A stretch of DNA of 64,000 bases, from assembly GCA_013265495.1 (NCBI GenBank), contig MU057703.1:110498-174497 (forward strand), written 5' to 3'. The notes beneath the pieces were generated by a model. It was given only the letters and a program-made list of their open reading frames with translations. It searched no databases and was not told the DNA's origin. The translations under genes were made by a program, and so were the position numbers. Shown in pieces: positions 25,567-38,220 of the stretch. Each line of letters begins with the position of its first letter. Position 1 is the stretch's first letter. This DNA comes from Vicugna vicugna. Taxonomy: Eukaryota.

Positions 25567-26499
25567 GAAGTTATATTTTTCTTCTGTTTATTTGGTTTTA
25601 TATTTGAGAGAAAATATGGTATATTACTCATGGCTATGCTTTTATTTTGGAAATCAAAATTCTTATCACTAAGATTTTTCATTCACATTTTCCAATACGT
25701 GTTGGTTTCTGACAGTGTGCTGAAGATGTTCCCCTGAATAGTGTCTGATCTAAGATGGTAGAGATGAGTGTCATGACTGCTAGTAAATTAAAATACGTCT
25801 TTAGAACCAACTGAGCATGTTGCATATCTTACCACAAATAATGTTTATTCATATTGCTTTCTATTTTTAAGAAGAATATTGCAGAAAAAAGAAATTTCTT
25901 TTGGATTTGTGTTATATTGTAGGTAAGGACATAATCTTCCCGGACCCAGCAATGATTTATTTATCTTTTTAGATTTCTTAGTCTAATTCACAATTAAGCT
26001 AGTTACTTCTGTTTTTGAATTTTAAATCCAGCCTTCCTCCACAACTCTTCTGGAACACATTCTGGAAGATGACATTAATATTTATGTTACTAAAAATATC
26101 ACTGGGAAGTGGGATGCTTTAATTAAATTTTGCTTCACTCAACATGCCTTTATCTCCACTGCAATCACTTAAACCTATGAGAGAGGAGGGGCCTCTTCTC
26201 TTTCCTAATTCCAATCCCTCTACTTTTATCCTGGTCTCAGATTTCCACAACATGAGAGAAAATTTGCTCTCATACTCTTGTGCTTCCTCCCCAGAAATTC
26301 CAATCTCTTCTTAATAACTCCCTAATTTTCCCCTGCCTTCAAACTTTTCCGTTGCCTTCCTACTAACTTTCCTAGCTACTTAAAAAATTTTCGTTTTTTT
26401 CTCTCGTCTTTTCCAGAGTTACTAGCCTATCGTTTCTAAATATAATCTCAGCTACAGAAAATTCTTCTTGCATTCTTCCAATTCACCGTAATGGAAGAG

Positions 26500-27030
26500 G
26501 AAAGCCAATTTCTGCCTAAATCTTCTTTCCCTTCTTGGCTTCTGGATTATACCCTCCCATCTTTCTAAGGTCCTCATTATGTTCGTTATCACCTCTTTCT
26601 TGCATTTTCATCTTTAACCTCTCTGCTGGCTTCCTGATGTCAGCATTTAAGCATGACTAATTCTCTTTCCATTTAGAAACAATGCTGACAAAATTAGATA
26701 AACAAAAACCCTCCTCCAACTCTTGCCCCCGATAAACTACTGCAGTCATTTTTTCTTTTATATTTCACAGTCAAATTTCATTTTTTTCTTTTATCTTTCA
26801 CAGTCAAATTTCTTTGAACGTGTATCTGTGTTTGCTTTACCCTTTTTTTGCCTTCAATTCTCTCTGTAACCTTTGAAAGTTGGGTCTTATGCCAGCCATT
26901 TTAGTAAAACTGCACTTGACAAGGTCTCCCAAATACCCCTTAGTTCCTAAATCCTGTGGGTACCTTTCAGATATCACCTACTTGATCTTTCAGCAGAAAT
27001 TAACACTGTTGAATTTTCTTTCTTGGAAAG
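26500..27030 (+). mobile_element. LINE-2 internal fragment
   Basis: Pyrimidine-rich L2 motifs (aaaactgcacttgacaaggtc, cttgatctttcagcag..taacactgttga). Confidence 0.55.
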
Positions 27031-27049
27031 GTCTTTTCATAGTTTGGAT

Positions 27050-27447
27050 ATATTGTTAAACAAATACTCATTTTTCTTCCATTCCCACTGTTGATAGAAC
27101 ATACAGCTACACCAATTGATGGTGTGTTCAGTCACATGACTTGCTTTGCACAATTTAATCATAATAGTTGTGAACTAAGCAAAGATTATGCATCTGCAGT
27201 TTGGCTTGGCTCATACACCCGTCATCTGCTTTGAGAAGTACGTATGCTGGGAACCTGTGGATCCAGGGTGAATTGTTGAAAACATGAGCATACTGATGTC
27301 GAGATGAAGGTTGGGACAAGCCCAGTCACCACACAGTCTAGAGCATGGTTGGCACAGTCAAATAGTGGGCCCATATGCAAGAAAAATAATATTATAAATT
27401 TGGGGTGCTTGTTTCACAGCATTATTGAGCAGTAGCTGATTGACACA
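27050..27447 (+). mobile_element. Old MaLR LTR (MLT1H/I-like)
   Basis: cacatgacttgctttg core; ends ...gtttcacagcattattgagcagtagctgattgacaca. Confidence 0.65.
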
Positions 27448-30400
27448 ACTCAGATTTCTGAGATTTCATGAAACCATCTTCTGGTTCTTCTTTTAAGTCT
27501 TATAAACCTTTGTAGTCTTTTCTTCTAGAGACTTCTGCCTTAAACCCATAACCTCAATTTAAATACACTTACTGTGAGATCTTATTCCCTGTTTTGACTG
27601 CTGTCCATATGCCAATAACTTCTAAATCATTCACTTCAGTTTGACCTATACATCAAACCCATCTTGTCAAAAATGCATTGGACGTCTTCACTTGGTTTCA
27701 CAAGCACACTAAATTCTATTTTCTGAACACAGTGCTTCTACTCCACAATGTATTTCATACTCAATCACAAAAGAGGGGGGTGACTAAAACAGTTAGGTAC
27801 CATAAAAAATTAGTATAGAGATTATGATTTATTGCATTTTTGACTTACGATTTTAAATGCATTATCTAACTTAATTGTCAGAACAACTCCGTGGATTATA
27901 TATTATTGTCCTTTCTTTGCAGACAAGGGACATGAAGTCCAATGAAATAAAATAACCTTAGATCAATAACTAGTAAGGGGCTAAAATAGGTCAAATGTAA
28001 ATCTGTCTGACCCCCGTGGCCACATACTATGGACCTACTTATAAAATTTTATGGGCTGCTTATTTAAAATTTAAATTTAAGGACCAAACTCTCCAGTGAT
28101 CTTTTCAAGGAGTTGTACTGCATATACACATTACCTATTCAACAATACCTATCTCTGCTCCTTCAAAAGAAACTTCTTTGCTGTCCTTCACACAAGCCAC
28201 CCACATTACTGTGTCTGTGTCTTTGTTCATGCTCTTTATTGTAAATAATGGTACCTGTCTTCACATTTATCCAGATTCTCCCCTTCTTGAATGCACTTCA
28301 TTTAAAGCTTAAGTTTTGTCTAAGAGATTCTCAAGCTATTTCTAATGACACTAGTCAATTTCTTAAACTCCTATAGTATTTTTTTCTAGTCAGATCAACC
28401 AAGATTTATTGCAGATCACCTGCAAGGCATTGACCTTAATCATAAGGAAGCTTTCACACTATATGTAAATAGTATCTACTCTCCAAAAATTTTGAAGTAA
28501 AATTATTCAAATAAAATATAACTAACATATAGTTCATGTGTATTACTTAATAATTTCATATTCCAGTTTCTTTAGCTGTGTCTTGAACAGAAAGACTGTG
28601 TTGCCAGCCTCCTTTGTGTTCTTTTCAACACCACATACATTTCATCAAAGAGTTGTTGAATGAACTGACAAATTTTGTTTTTAACCCCATATCATTGCTT
28701 TTTCTTTTACCATGCTCTCAAAAGTATCATTGAAGTGACATATCATTTAGAGAAATATTTCTCTCCCTCAGATCATGGATTTATATAATTCATTAAAATA
28801 ATTGCAGAAATTGATTCATTTATTGAGCAGAAATTTAAGTAAACTTAGATAAAATCAGTCAACATCCAAGCTGCAATCTCAAAGAACTTATTTACCAAGG
28901 CCTTCATCGTGCTTGTCTATATGCCACTAAATAAATTATGTGGAAAGAGAAGTTGAAGAGACTTTACCCAGTGATTTCTGTTTCTTTATGCTAATAATTT
29001 CTGGATTATTTGACATGTTTTAGGTAAGTTTTTCTATTTATGAACTGGCCTAACACATTTAAATTGTTCAGCATAGTTTCTCACAAAAGAAGCATTTAAT
29101 ACTGGGAGTGCTGGGAAAGTCATGATGAAGAAGTTATGCTTTTAAGGTTCTTTCATGTTAAAAAAAAAAAAGTGTAATGAAGGCAGAGATGAACGTCAGT
29201 ATTCGGGGAGAATACCGAGGAGTTCTCTAAGTACATAATAAAATAAGTGGAAAAGGAAAATGTCCAACCAAAAACCCCTGTGCTCTGTAACTTAAGAGCC
29301 ATTAGAAAGTACATTTAAATATTTTCCCACATTTAGTCCTTTGGTTTACTCTATTATTAAATGGTAGAATCATACTGTTTTGTTTTGTTTTTTTTCCCTG
29401 ATATTTTCAAATTACACTCTGCTCTATTTCTCCCTGCTAAGAGAAACAAGATGAGGTCAAATGACCTCCCTGGGTAGTAATTGGAATTCTTCTGATTCTC
29501 TTTCTCCTTGACTACCTAAGTGGTAAGAGATGGGGTGATTAGTTATGGCCTCATTCTATTCAGTTGTTAGAATTTGGGGTACTAACTAAAAAATTTCGGG
29601 CTTGACCATGTAGAAATTTATGTATGTAGTCTAAAGTCAATGTAGAAGTTTAAAATTAGTAATTTTTCTTTGGCTTATCCATATAATAGGTCCCCTCTAA
29701 TTGTAAGGATAATTGAGAGTTGACTTAAGCATCTTGTCTGTTTGAAAATTTTCCACTGATAGACACATGAAATATTTCCACTATTTCAAGAACTAGATAC
29801 TCATTTTAAGCACTTGCAAACCCAGGGCATTTATGCAATTTGGGCAACCCAAGAAAAAAATGGAACAGACTTCTCAGAGTCTTAGTATAGGGGATTTTTG
29901 GAATTAATGGGTTGGGAAGTAGCAACTGTAAAATCTTAATCAGAGGATCACATATTACTGAATTATGACCCTCTGATCTCTCCATTTCAGGCATGATTAA
30001 AATGTTGATTATTAATGATACTGTGTTATCCATCTTTATTAGAAAGTGCAAAGATACAGTAGCATGTCTAATTGCTAATTCTTTATCATTAAGGGTGCTC
30101 TCATCTCTTGTATCTTCTCAGAAATAGATGTCACTGGACAATATTACATGTTATTTGTTTTAAGAAATGACCCCTTGAATTAACTTTCCTGTAGACTTTC
30201 ATTTGTTCAATTCTGAACTGTTACCTTACAAGATGCAAGAGTTGTCAGGAACTCTAATATGAATTATTTAAGAAACACATATATAGATATTCACCATAAA
30301 GCAGCCAAAATGCAAACATTCTATTTCAGTGAGCTGAAAGTGAGTGTATCATATAAACATTCTGTGGTTTGTGCTTAGTACTTTTGGATTTTATACTATC

Positions 30401-30754
30401 CAGCTCCCAGGGGATTCTGTTTTCTTCAGGACCTTCTGAAATAGAATATGACTTCGCAATTAAACTTTATGTTCTGGTCGTGATGCACTCACTCAAAAAT
30501 GGACCACAAGTGTTCTGTTTCCTGCAAAAAGGTAAATATTGATCCTTGCCAATCAGAACCTCATCAAGTCCTCATGATCATTCTGTAGCTGATTGGAGAA
30601 ATTCCCTCTGCATAAAATTTACTTTGTAAGCATTTTGGAGGAAAAAGAAAAAGAAGAAAGAAAAAAAGGATGCAGAAAGGAATGAGAGGAGAATATGTAA
30701 CACCATAGATTATGAACTAAATTTTATTTGCTGTAGATATCCTCTGAGCCTGTG

Positions 30755-30930
30755 GTTTGCAAGCATGGAAATAAATTAAGCGTCACTGGAATAGCTTGTT
30801 AAAAGCAGATGCTCTCAAAGATTCTGAGTCAGTAGTCTGAAATGGGGCCGGATAATTTGTACTTTAACAAGTTCTCAGGGGATGCTCGTGCTGTCTTTTC
30901 GAGAACCTCTCTTTGGATAGTATTGCTCTA
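30755..30930. mobile_element. MER5A-like MITE
   Basis: cttgttaaaagcagatg..agattctgagtcagtagtctg..ggggcc..tttaacaagttctcaggggatgct. Confidence 0.7.
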
Positions 30931-31589
30931 ATTACTCTTGGTACCAATCCTTCTTTATTTACTGGCAACACTTACCTTCGGAAAATGATAACCACACCAA
31001 GGGTATTAGCTGGCGGAAGAAAATAACAAAACAGCCTAGTTTATTGTATAGGATGCTGCTGCCTTAGCAGGATTCTTTGCCTTGATTTAGTATTACTAAC
31101 ACATTTTTTACTTACGATCAAAAAATAACCCAAGTTATCTCCAGAGCCCCATTTAGTGCTTCTTATGTTCGAGAAAATATTGTTATTCCTGTTGCTTTTA
31201 AGAAATAAATCTGGCATGGTCTCAAGTTTTGTTTTACAGTCAAGTCTGTGGGGAGCAAGTGGGATATCCTAATGCTTTCTCATTAACAAATAATTTCAAG
31301 CTCCTTATGATCTAGTAGTTAAAGAATATGACGGCGAATGTAATCTGCCATGACAGCTAGTAAATGTACCCCTGAGATTAAGGAGTACATGCCAGATATT
31401 CCTAATATTTTGAAAGTCAGAATCATAGAGTATGTCACAACCTTAGCTAGATATTAAAATCATCTGGGTAATTGAGCAACACTGATACCTGGACCCCACC
31501 AATCAGACATTCAATTTTAATTGGTTTGGGTCTGGTCTTGACACATGGAAATCAGTCGAGGAGAAAGATTAAGGAGGGCAGTCCAGACA

Positions 31590-31815
31590 GGAACCTCATT
31601 TCCATATGCCAGGAACTGTATGAGATATTTTATAAATATTGTCCCTAAACCTCACATAAACACACAAGATAACTGTTAAGAGCCTTTTTCTAATCTAAGG
31701 AAAAAGACTTGAGTAAAGGTATAAAATAACTTTCCCATGACAAGAGGTCATTTAGTAAGTGGAGGGTTGGCCATTAGAACCCAGGTCAAGGTGACCCCAG
31801 TGTCCAGTCTTCATT
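31590..31815. mobile_element. MIR remnant immediately upstream of the polypyrimidine tract
   Basis: aacctcacataaac..aaataactttcccatgacaagaggtcatttagtaagtggagg..agaacccaggtc. Confidence 0.55.
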
Positions 31816-31833
31816 TTCTTGCAGGAGTACTAG

Positions 31834-32338
31834 TTCCCCTTTCTTACTTTCCTTCTTTACTCTTCCTTCCTTCCTTCCTTCCTTTCTTTTTCTTTCTTTC
31901 CTTCTTTTTCTTTCTTTCTTTCTTTTTCTTTCTTTCTTTCTTTCCTTCTTCCTTCCTTTCTTCCTTCTCTTCCTTCCTTCCCTCCTTCCTTCCTTCCTTT
32001 CTGTCTCTCCCTCCCTTTCTTTCTTTTTTTCTTTCTTTCCTTTCCTTTCTTTTCTTTTCTTCCTTCCTTCCTTTCTTTTTCTTTCTTTCCTTCTTTTTCT
32101 TTCTTTCTTTCTTTTTCTTTCTTTCTTTCTTTCCTTCTTCCTTCCTTTCTTCCTTCTCTTCCTTCCTTCCCCTCTCTCCCTCCCTCTCTTTCTTTCTTTT
32201 TTCTTTCTTTCCTTTCCTTTCTTTTCTTTTCTTTTCTTTCTTTCTTTCTTTCCTTCTTCCTTCCTTCCTTCCTTCTCTTCCTTCCTTCCTTTCTCTCTCT
32301 CCCTCCCTCTCTTTCCTTTCCTTTCCTTTCTTTTCTTT

Positions 32339-32418
<80 letters not shown>

Positions 32419-32625
32419 TCCTTCCTTCCTTCTCTTCTTTCCTTCCCTCCTTCCTTCCTTCCTTTCTCTCTCTCCCTCTCATTTCCTTTTTTCTTTCTTT
32501 CTTTCTTTCCTTCCTTCCTTCTCTTCTTTCCTTCCCTCCTTCCTTCCTTCCTTTCTCTCTCTCCCTCTCTCTCTTTCTTTCTTTCTTTTCTTTCTTTCCT
32601 TTCTTTTCTTTCTTGTTTCTTTTCT
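31834..32625. repeat. ~790-bp compound polypyrimidine microsatellite (TTTC/TTCC/TC)
   Basis: Almost purine-free; includes a pure (TTTC)n run at ~32337-32420. Confidence 0.98.
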
Positions 32626-34049
32626 ACAGATCTGAATGTCTTAGAATAAGAGACAAAATCTAACAAATGCTGAAAGGCCATAGCTCCCTGTGAGGATCAA
32701 TGTACCGTTTAGAATAGTCTCAGTACACATGGTGAGTAACAGCTCTGCTTATAGTACATTGCTGCTGGATGTGAGCCTATACATATGTCTGGAGATCGGA
32801 ACACTAGCTATGTTTCCCCAGCATGTCTGGAACGCATAGTCTTAACCTACAGTGAAGAGGGTATTGAAAGACAGGCAGAGAGTCTAGTTCCAGAATCTGG
32901 CAAAAATTATTGTCCTTATGGTTGAAAACCAACTATGACCTTTTCACATGGTTATAGGGACAATCAAGTCAATAAAGGATATTCATTAGGACGTAAAAAT
33001 AAATTCATTAAACTTAAGTAAAATGAATACTCTGCTACTTTTCAGAAAAGAATATAGAACAATATCTGTTATATAGTAGGGTTATTATATGCACTGTGTA
33101 TGTTGGCTTTCCAACTTAAAACATTTTCTTGCTGTAAGTTCTGGGATAAACTCTTAAAATTCAGCAAGTGATGTAAATTAATATTTAAAATGAGAATTTC
33201 TAATCAGCTGGGTGTCAACATGAGCAAATAGAAAATCATCTTCAAATATGCTTCATGTTTTCTATCTCAAGTCAATTATATTGTTTCCTTGAAGAAGCAT
33301 TATAATTTCATGAGGAAAATAGTTTCACAGCTCTGTTTAAAAAGATATACTTTTTCTTGCATTGGTTTAGGTTGAAAATTAGCATTACAATCACCATTGG
33401 ATAAAATAATGCCTGTAAGCATAGTATACCTAGTAAGTTGTAGGGATCACTTTTGGATTTTTTTTCAAGCAAAGTAGGGGCCTCTTGTAAAGTAATTGTT
33501 TATGCATTCTAGCTAAATTAGGTTTTTCATACTTAGGTCTGTATTATTTATTCTTCAATCAGGTTTAAAGATACTAAGTAAAATGGGATTTCTTTGGTTA
33601 TATATTTTATCTTTCAAAAAGATAGATTCTAAATTTTTAATTGACATAAGTGCTGTAGATTAAGATTTAATTTTTTTTGTTTTTAAAATTATGTTTTCAT
33701 GTGCAATTCAACCTTTATAATGCTTCTTTTTTTCCCATTTGATAGATATTTCTTTTTAAAGCAATATGGATTCTTATTTGAAACCAAGAACATACTGGAC
33801 AGTTTTAAAGATACTCTTGAGGGTTATGAAAGTTTTTCAGTGCCTTCTATGATAAGGAACCCGGGAAGTTTCCAGTCAACAGTAGGAGCTGGCTTTAGTG
33901 AATTTGGTCCTGTCTTTAGAGCCCAGTAGTCGGTTTCTGTCCCAGGAGCTAAAAATAGAGGCCTCTGGGGAAATGGCTGAAGTGCTCTAAGAACCTGCGT
34001 GCTGGGTTAGCATAATTGAGTAGTTTTGTTGCATTGTGAGATGTAAGAG

Positions 34050-34150
34050 ATTATCCCCTCTTTACAGATGGAGAAACTGAGGCCACGTGCACCTACACAT
34101 TTAGAGCCATAAGTCACAGGCTGGCATTTGGACTCAAATCTGATGGACTT
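34050..34150. mobile_element. MIR remnant
   Basis: ttatcccctctttacagatggagaaactgaggcc core. Confidence 0.65.
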
Positions 34151-35398
34151 CACAATTATCCGTCAAAATTTTCCCAAGTTTTACTGTTCTCTTTGTTTGA
34201 ATGGTCTGTTTTGTCCATTTCTAGGCCCTCGCTGTCCATCTGATAAACATTTAGGATTTCTTTCCATCAAAGCATATTTTCCAAAGGTGCCCTTAGGAGG
34301 AGAGCCTCATTGAATTTTATTTCCCTTCACCTTAGATGGTGTGAAGTGTTAAATATTTTAAGAGAGGCTATTTGAAATCAGCATTGTCTGATGACCTGCA
34401 TATTGTTACAGTTCAAAACTTTTTAAACACTGGACAATGAATTCTAATTATATAGTTATTTGTCCTTTGAGGACAGAAGTGTCACTCATTCAGTTGGAAA
34501 TAATGTGCTCAAGATGGAAAAGTTAACAGTTGCTGATTCATCACATGGAATAATGCATATTTATGGATAGTCTTTTATAATAATAGAGTGTGCTAAATAA
34601 ATCAGCAATATGTGAACACAAAGGAAAGATGAAATAATAGTCACTTCAATTTAAAATTGAGGATAGTTATATTTCCAGAGTATGCTATTTAGAGAAGCTT
34701 TATATATAGGCCTAATCATTAGGCACCATAAAATTTTTTTTAGCCTGAGAATTTGCTATGTAAGTTCTAAGCTATGTTATAAACAACTTCTAAATGGCAG
34801 CCCTCCTTCACCTGATCATCGGCATGTAAAATACAGATACTAAATATAGCAGCTGAAAGAAAGGAAGCAGTGGCTTTTGTGGGAAAGAGCATTCAGCTTC
34901 GAATCAGGACCAGAAACTTGACGACATTTCATGTGAAATTGTGAAACTTACCTTATCTCATTGTGCTTTGAGGTCAATAAAATAAATCATTTTTATTTGC
35001 CCAGTGCATTTTTGCATGGTTCACAGGAAACACATAATACATTTGCTACATAACTGCAGGGGCTCTTAGACAGCAGAATATTTAATTTATTAAGTATTTA
35101 CCACGTGTTGACACCATCTAATGTTAAAAGAGGAGAATACTATTAAACCATCTGCCTTGCTGGTCCCAACCCTGACATTCAGCGACATGGCCTTCTTTGA
35201 CTAATTGACTTATGAATCTCTGTATTTTTCACTCAAATTTATCTAAAGAATGTATTTACTAGCAGTAATTTGATCTCTTAAGTTCCAGCTTTTTTCATTG
35301 ACTTTCAAAGATTTAGTTCAGAGTATGTTTCATTGTTAAACGCTATAGATAGATCCCAATCTAAGTAGTGTAGCTTCATCTCAAAGGTTTTATGTGTG

Positions 35399-35403
<5 letters not shown>

Positions 35404-35444
<41 letters not shown>

Positions 35445-35461
35445 TACAGGCACACACACAC
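35404..35461. repeat. (CA)n microsatellite, interrupted
   Basis: Direct reading of the sequence. Confidence 0.95.
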
Positions 35462-36159
35462 GTGAGAGTAGAGCAGGATAAAAATGTTATGACCCCCAAA
35501 CAGCATTTAGTTTGTGTGGCTCTTTGCTTTGTGTTTTGGAAATCAAATTTTATTTGAAATGCAAAGATAATACGGTTGCCGGATAATTGAATCCTATTAT
35601 AAATCCCTTTGAAAAATTAACTATTACCCAAATAGATTTTTACATAATTCAACATTTACAAAAAAATAATCTGGTCAGATTGTTTAAGCTGTAGCCCAGC
35701 TATGTTCAATACAAAGCAAGGAAAATACATTTTTGCCCTTTGAGAAAAGAGTTGACTTTATCGATCCTTTCTCTTTTCTTTCCAAACCCCTAGCATCACA
35801 ATTGTCCTCATTTACTAGAGTTGTTTAAGACAATGATGCCCCTATGAAGAATGTAATAGTTGTATCTCAGTCCTCCTTCATAGCGACTTCTCAAGTGCTC
35901 AGCTTTTCACCTTTCCCATCATATTTCCTGACCAAAAAAGTCAATAAAATAAGCTGCATGGATGATGACCTTCAAAACACTCAGGCCCAGTTCCAATTTT
36001 CTCTTTTACGTTGGATTTTTCCCCCCTAAGCTTTAAAATTCTTTGTGTTAAATAAAAAACTCAAAAAATATCATTTTATTTTCATTGACAAAGAGAAATG
36101 ACAATTTGACTCTGATACTCAATCCTAGTACTTAATAGATTCTCTCTTTGTAATTTATT

Positions 36160-36420
36160 TTTACTTTTTAACATTTTATTGATTTATAATCATTTTACAA
36201 TGTTGTGTCAAATTCCAGTGTAGAGCACAATTTTTCAGTTATACATGAACATATATATATTCATTGTCACTTTTTTTCTCTGTAAGCTACCATATATTTC
36301 CCTGTGCTATACAGTATAATCTTGTTTATCTATTCTACAATTTTGAAATCCCAATCTATCTCTCCCCACCCCCCGCCCCCTTGACAACCACAAGTTTGTA
36401 TTCTATGTCTGTGAGTCTAG
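36160..36420 (-). mobile_element. Young 5'-truncated L1 3' end with perfect 16-bp TSD
   Basis: ctctttgtaatttatt at 36144-36159 and 36421-36436. Camelid-type L1 tail (ttattgatttataatcattttacaatgttgtgtcaaattccagtgtagagcac). Confidence 0.92.
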
Positions 36421-37379
36421 CTCTTTGTAATTTATTGTCAAAGGCTGCTGTCTGCTGTAGTGATAAGTTACATAAGTGTGAGCTGCGGGGAACGACAGAC
36501 TTCTCCATCAACCAACATGATGGAGCTACACAGGGCACAGAAGAAGTGCAGGCCAGTATTTCCCTTCTCATAATTCTGGAATTCAGAAAACCTTAAGCAT
36601 ACAGTCATTGTGAGCATCTGGTGACAAAACCTGATTTTGACCTGAACCCATTCAGTAGCAAAACCTCTTCTGAATTGATCTGACGCCGTTTCTATCTTAC
36701 TCATTCGATCTGGAGTGAAGAGTCACAATTTTTTGCTAAAGAAACGTTGATGTCTTTGGTTACATGTTGGTACTCCAGACAGATACACACCCTTCCAAAA
36801 TTCCAAAAATTCCAAAAATATTTTAATTCAAAACATATCTGGCCCCTTGGACTTTGGAAAAGGGATTGTAGGTCTCTGAGATTTTCTCCTTCTCTTCAAG
36901 CAGCTTGTAGTTTATTGAGATGTGGAAACACCACCCTCAAACAAATAGTCCACAAATAGTTACTGATAGTCCACCAGTCGGCAGATACTCACACACATAC
37001 ATACATATGTGTATATTCTCTATATATGTGTACATATGTAGAATACAAAACTGTGTATTAAATATGTTAATTTTGCAGCATAGGAGAAAAGTAATATTAG
37101 TTTAGAATAAGTCTAGTGATATAAAATGTTTTAGAGAGCCATAGAACTTCTCTTTTCTTAACCATCTTTGAATTTCTTTATTTTTTTGTTGATTGATTAT
37201 AGTTGATTGGATTTGTTTAGTAAAATAAAACTGAGCCACAGTCAATAAGGGAACCTCTGTATGTACACTGAAGGAAAAAGCAAACAAGGCAGTAAAATTT
37301 TGATGAAAACCTTCCAGTAAGTGTGTTTTTCTTTCCACGTAATAGAAAGCTGCTTTGAGCATAGATCAGTGTAACAAGT

Positions 37380-37590
37380 TTAGAGCAAAGAACCGAATAG
37401 AATTTAGTTGGCTTTCACTGCTGTCCTGACTGGATATGACTTTAGATAAGTTATTTCAAGTCTCTAAGCCTGCTTTGTTATCTGCAAAATATTAATAATA
37501 AAAGCAGCCACTGAATAGAATTGTTGGAGGATTCCATGGAGTGATGCCTGCATTGGGGGATGCGTGGCACCTAGGAAGCACCCTTACTGT
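37380..37590. mobile_element. MIR remnant
   Basis: atgactttagataagttatttcaagtctctaagcctg..atctgcaaaat. Confidence 0.65.
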
Positions 37591-38220
37591 GCTATTTGTT
37601 ATGAAGCTGTTCTCATCTGGGCTCAGTGGATACAGATATCCTTAGGCCATGGAACTCTAATCCATTCTTAGCCAAGCAAGTGAGTTATTTTCATTGCATG
37701 TTAGTTTTCCCTTTGATAGGAAACATTTTTCCGTAATCTTTTGAGTCCCTATCTCATAACTAAAGCAGTTATCTAGTGAAGAAGCCATCTTCAGCTGCTT
37801 TCAGCCTTTGTGTTTATTACTGGAAGCCTCTCAGCTGACTCACAGGAGACTCTGAGGTTTAACTTCTAGAACTTCTCCAGGGAGCAGAGGAAATTGGAAC
37901 TGCAAAGCGTTTCACCTTATGAAATACTTGATGTGTTGGGCTTACGCCTGGCGAGTTCAAGTTTAACAGCTAAGTCACTCAATGCGCTCATAAGGTGACC
38001 ACTCTCTCTGCCCTGTAAGACTCCCATTGAAATAAGCAACAATAAGGTAGACGACCAGGGGGAGGGGGAAATGGGGCAAGAGATAATATTCACAATAGAA
38101 ACGTTAACAAACTTCTGCTAGGTACAGTGAGGTCATACTGGATTGAAGGAACTAATGTGACCAAGAATCTCTGTGTGTGTTACAAAGGCTCATGGAAAAA
38201 GGAAGTGAAAGAGATCACAG

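Noticed and set aside
26748..26812. Short imperfect tandem duplication (tttcacagtcaaatttc x2)
   Set aside because: Ordinary slippage event within an old repeat.
31737..32681. Long ORFs of 308, 212 and 274 aa (F/L/S/P-rich or K/E/R/G-rich)
   Set aside because: Translations of the TTTC/TTCC microsatellite, which lacks stop codons by composition.
33949..34855. MEF2 sites ctaaaaatag (33949) and ctaaatatag next to E-box cagctg (34840)
   Set aside because: A few such 10-mers are expected by chance in AT-rich 64 kb, and there is no independent support.
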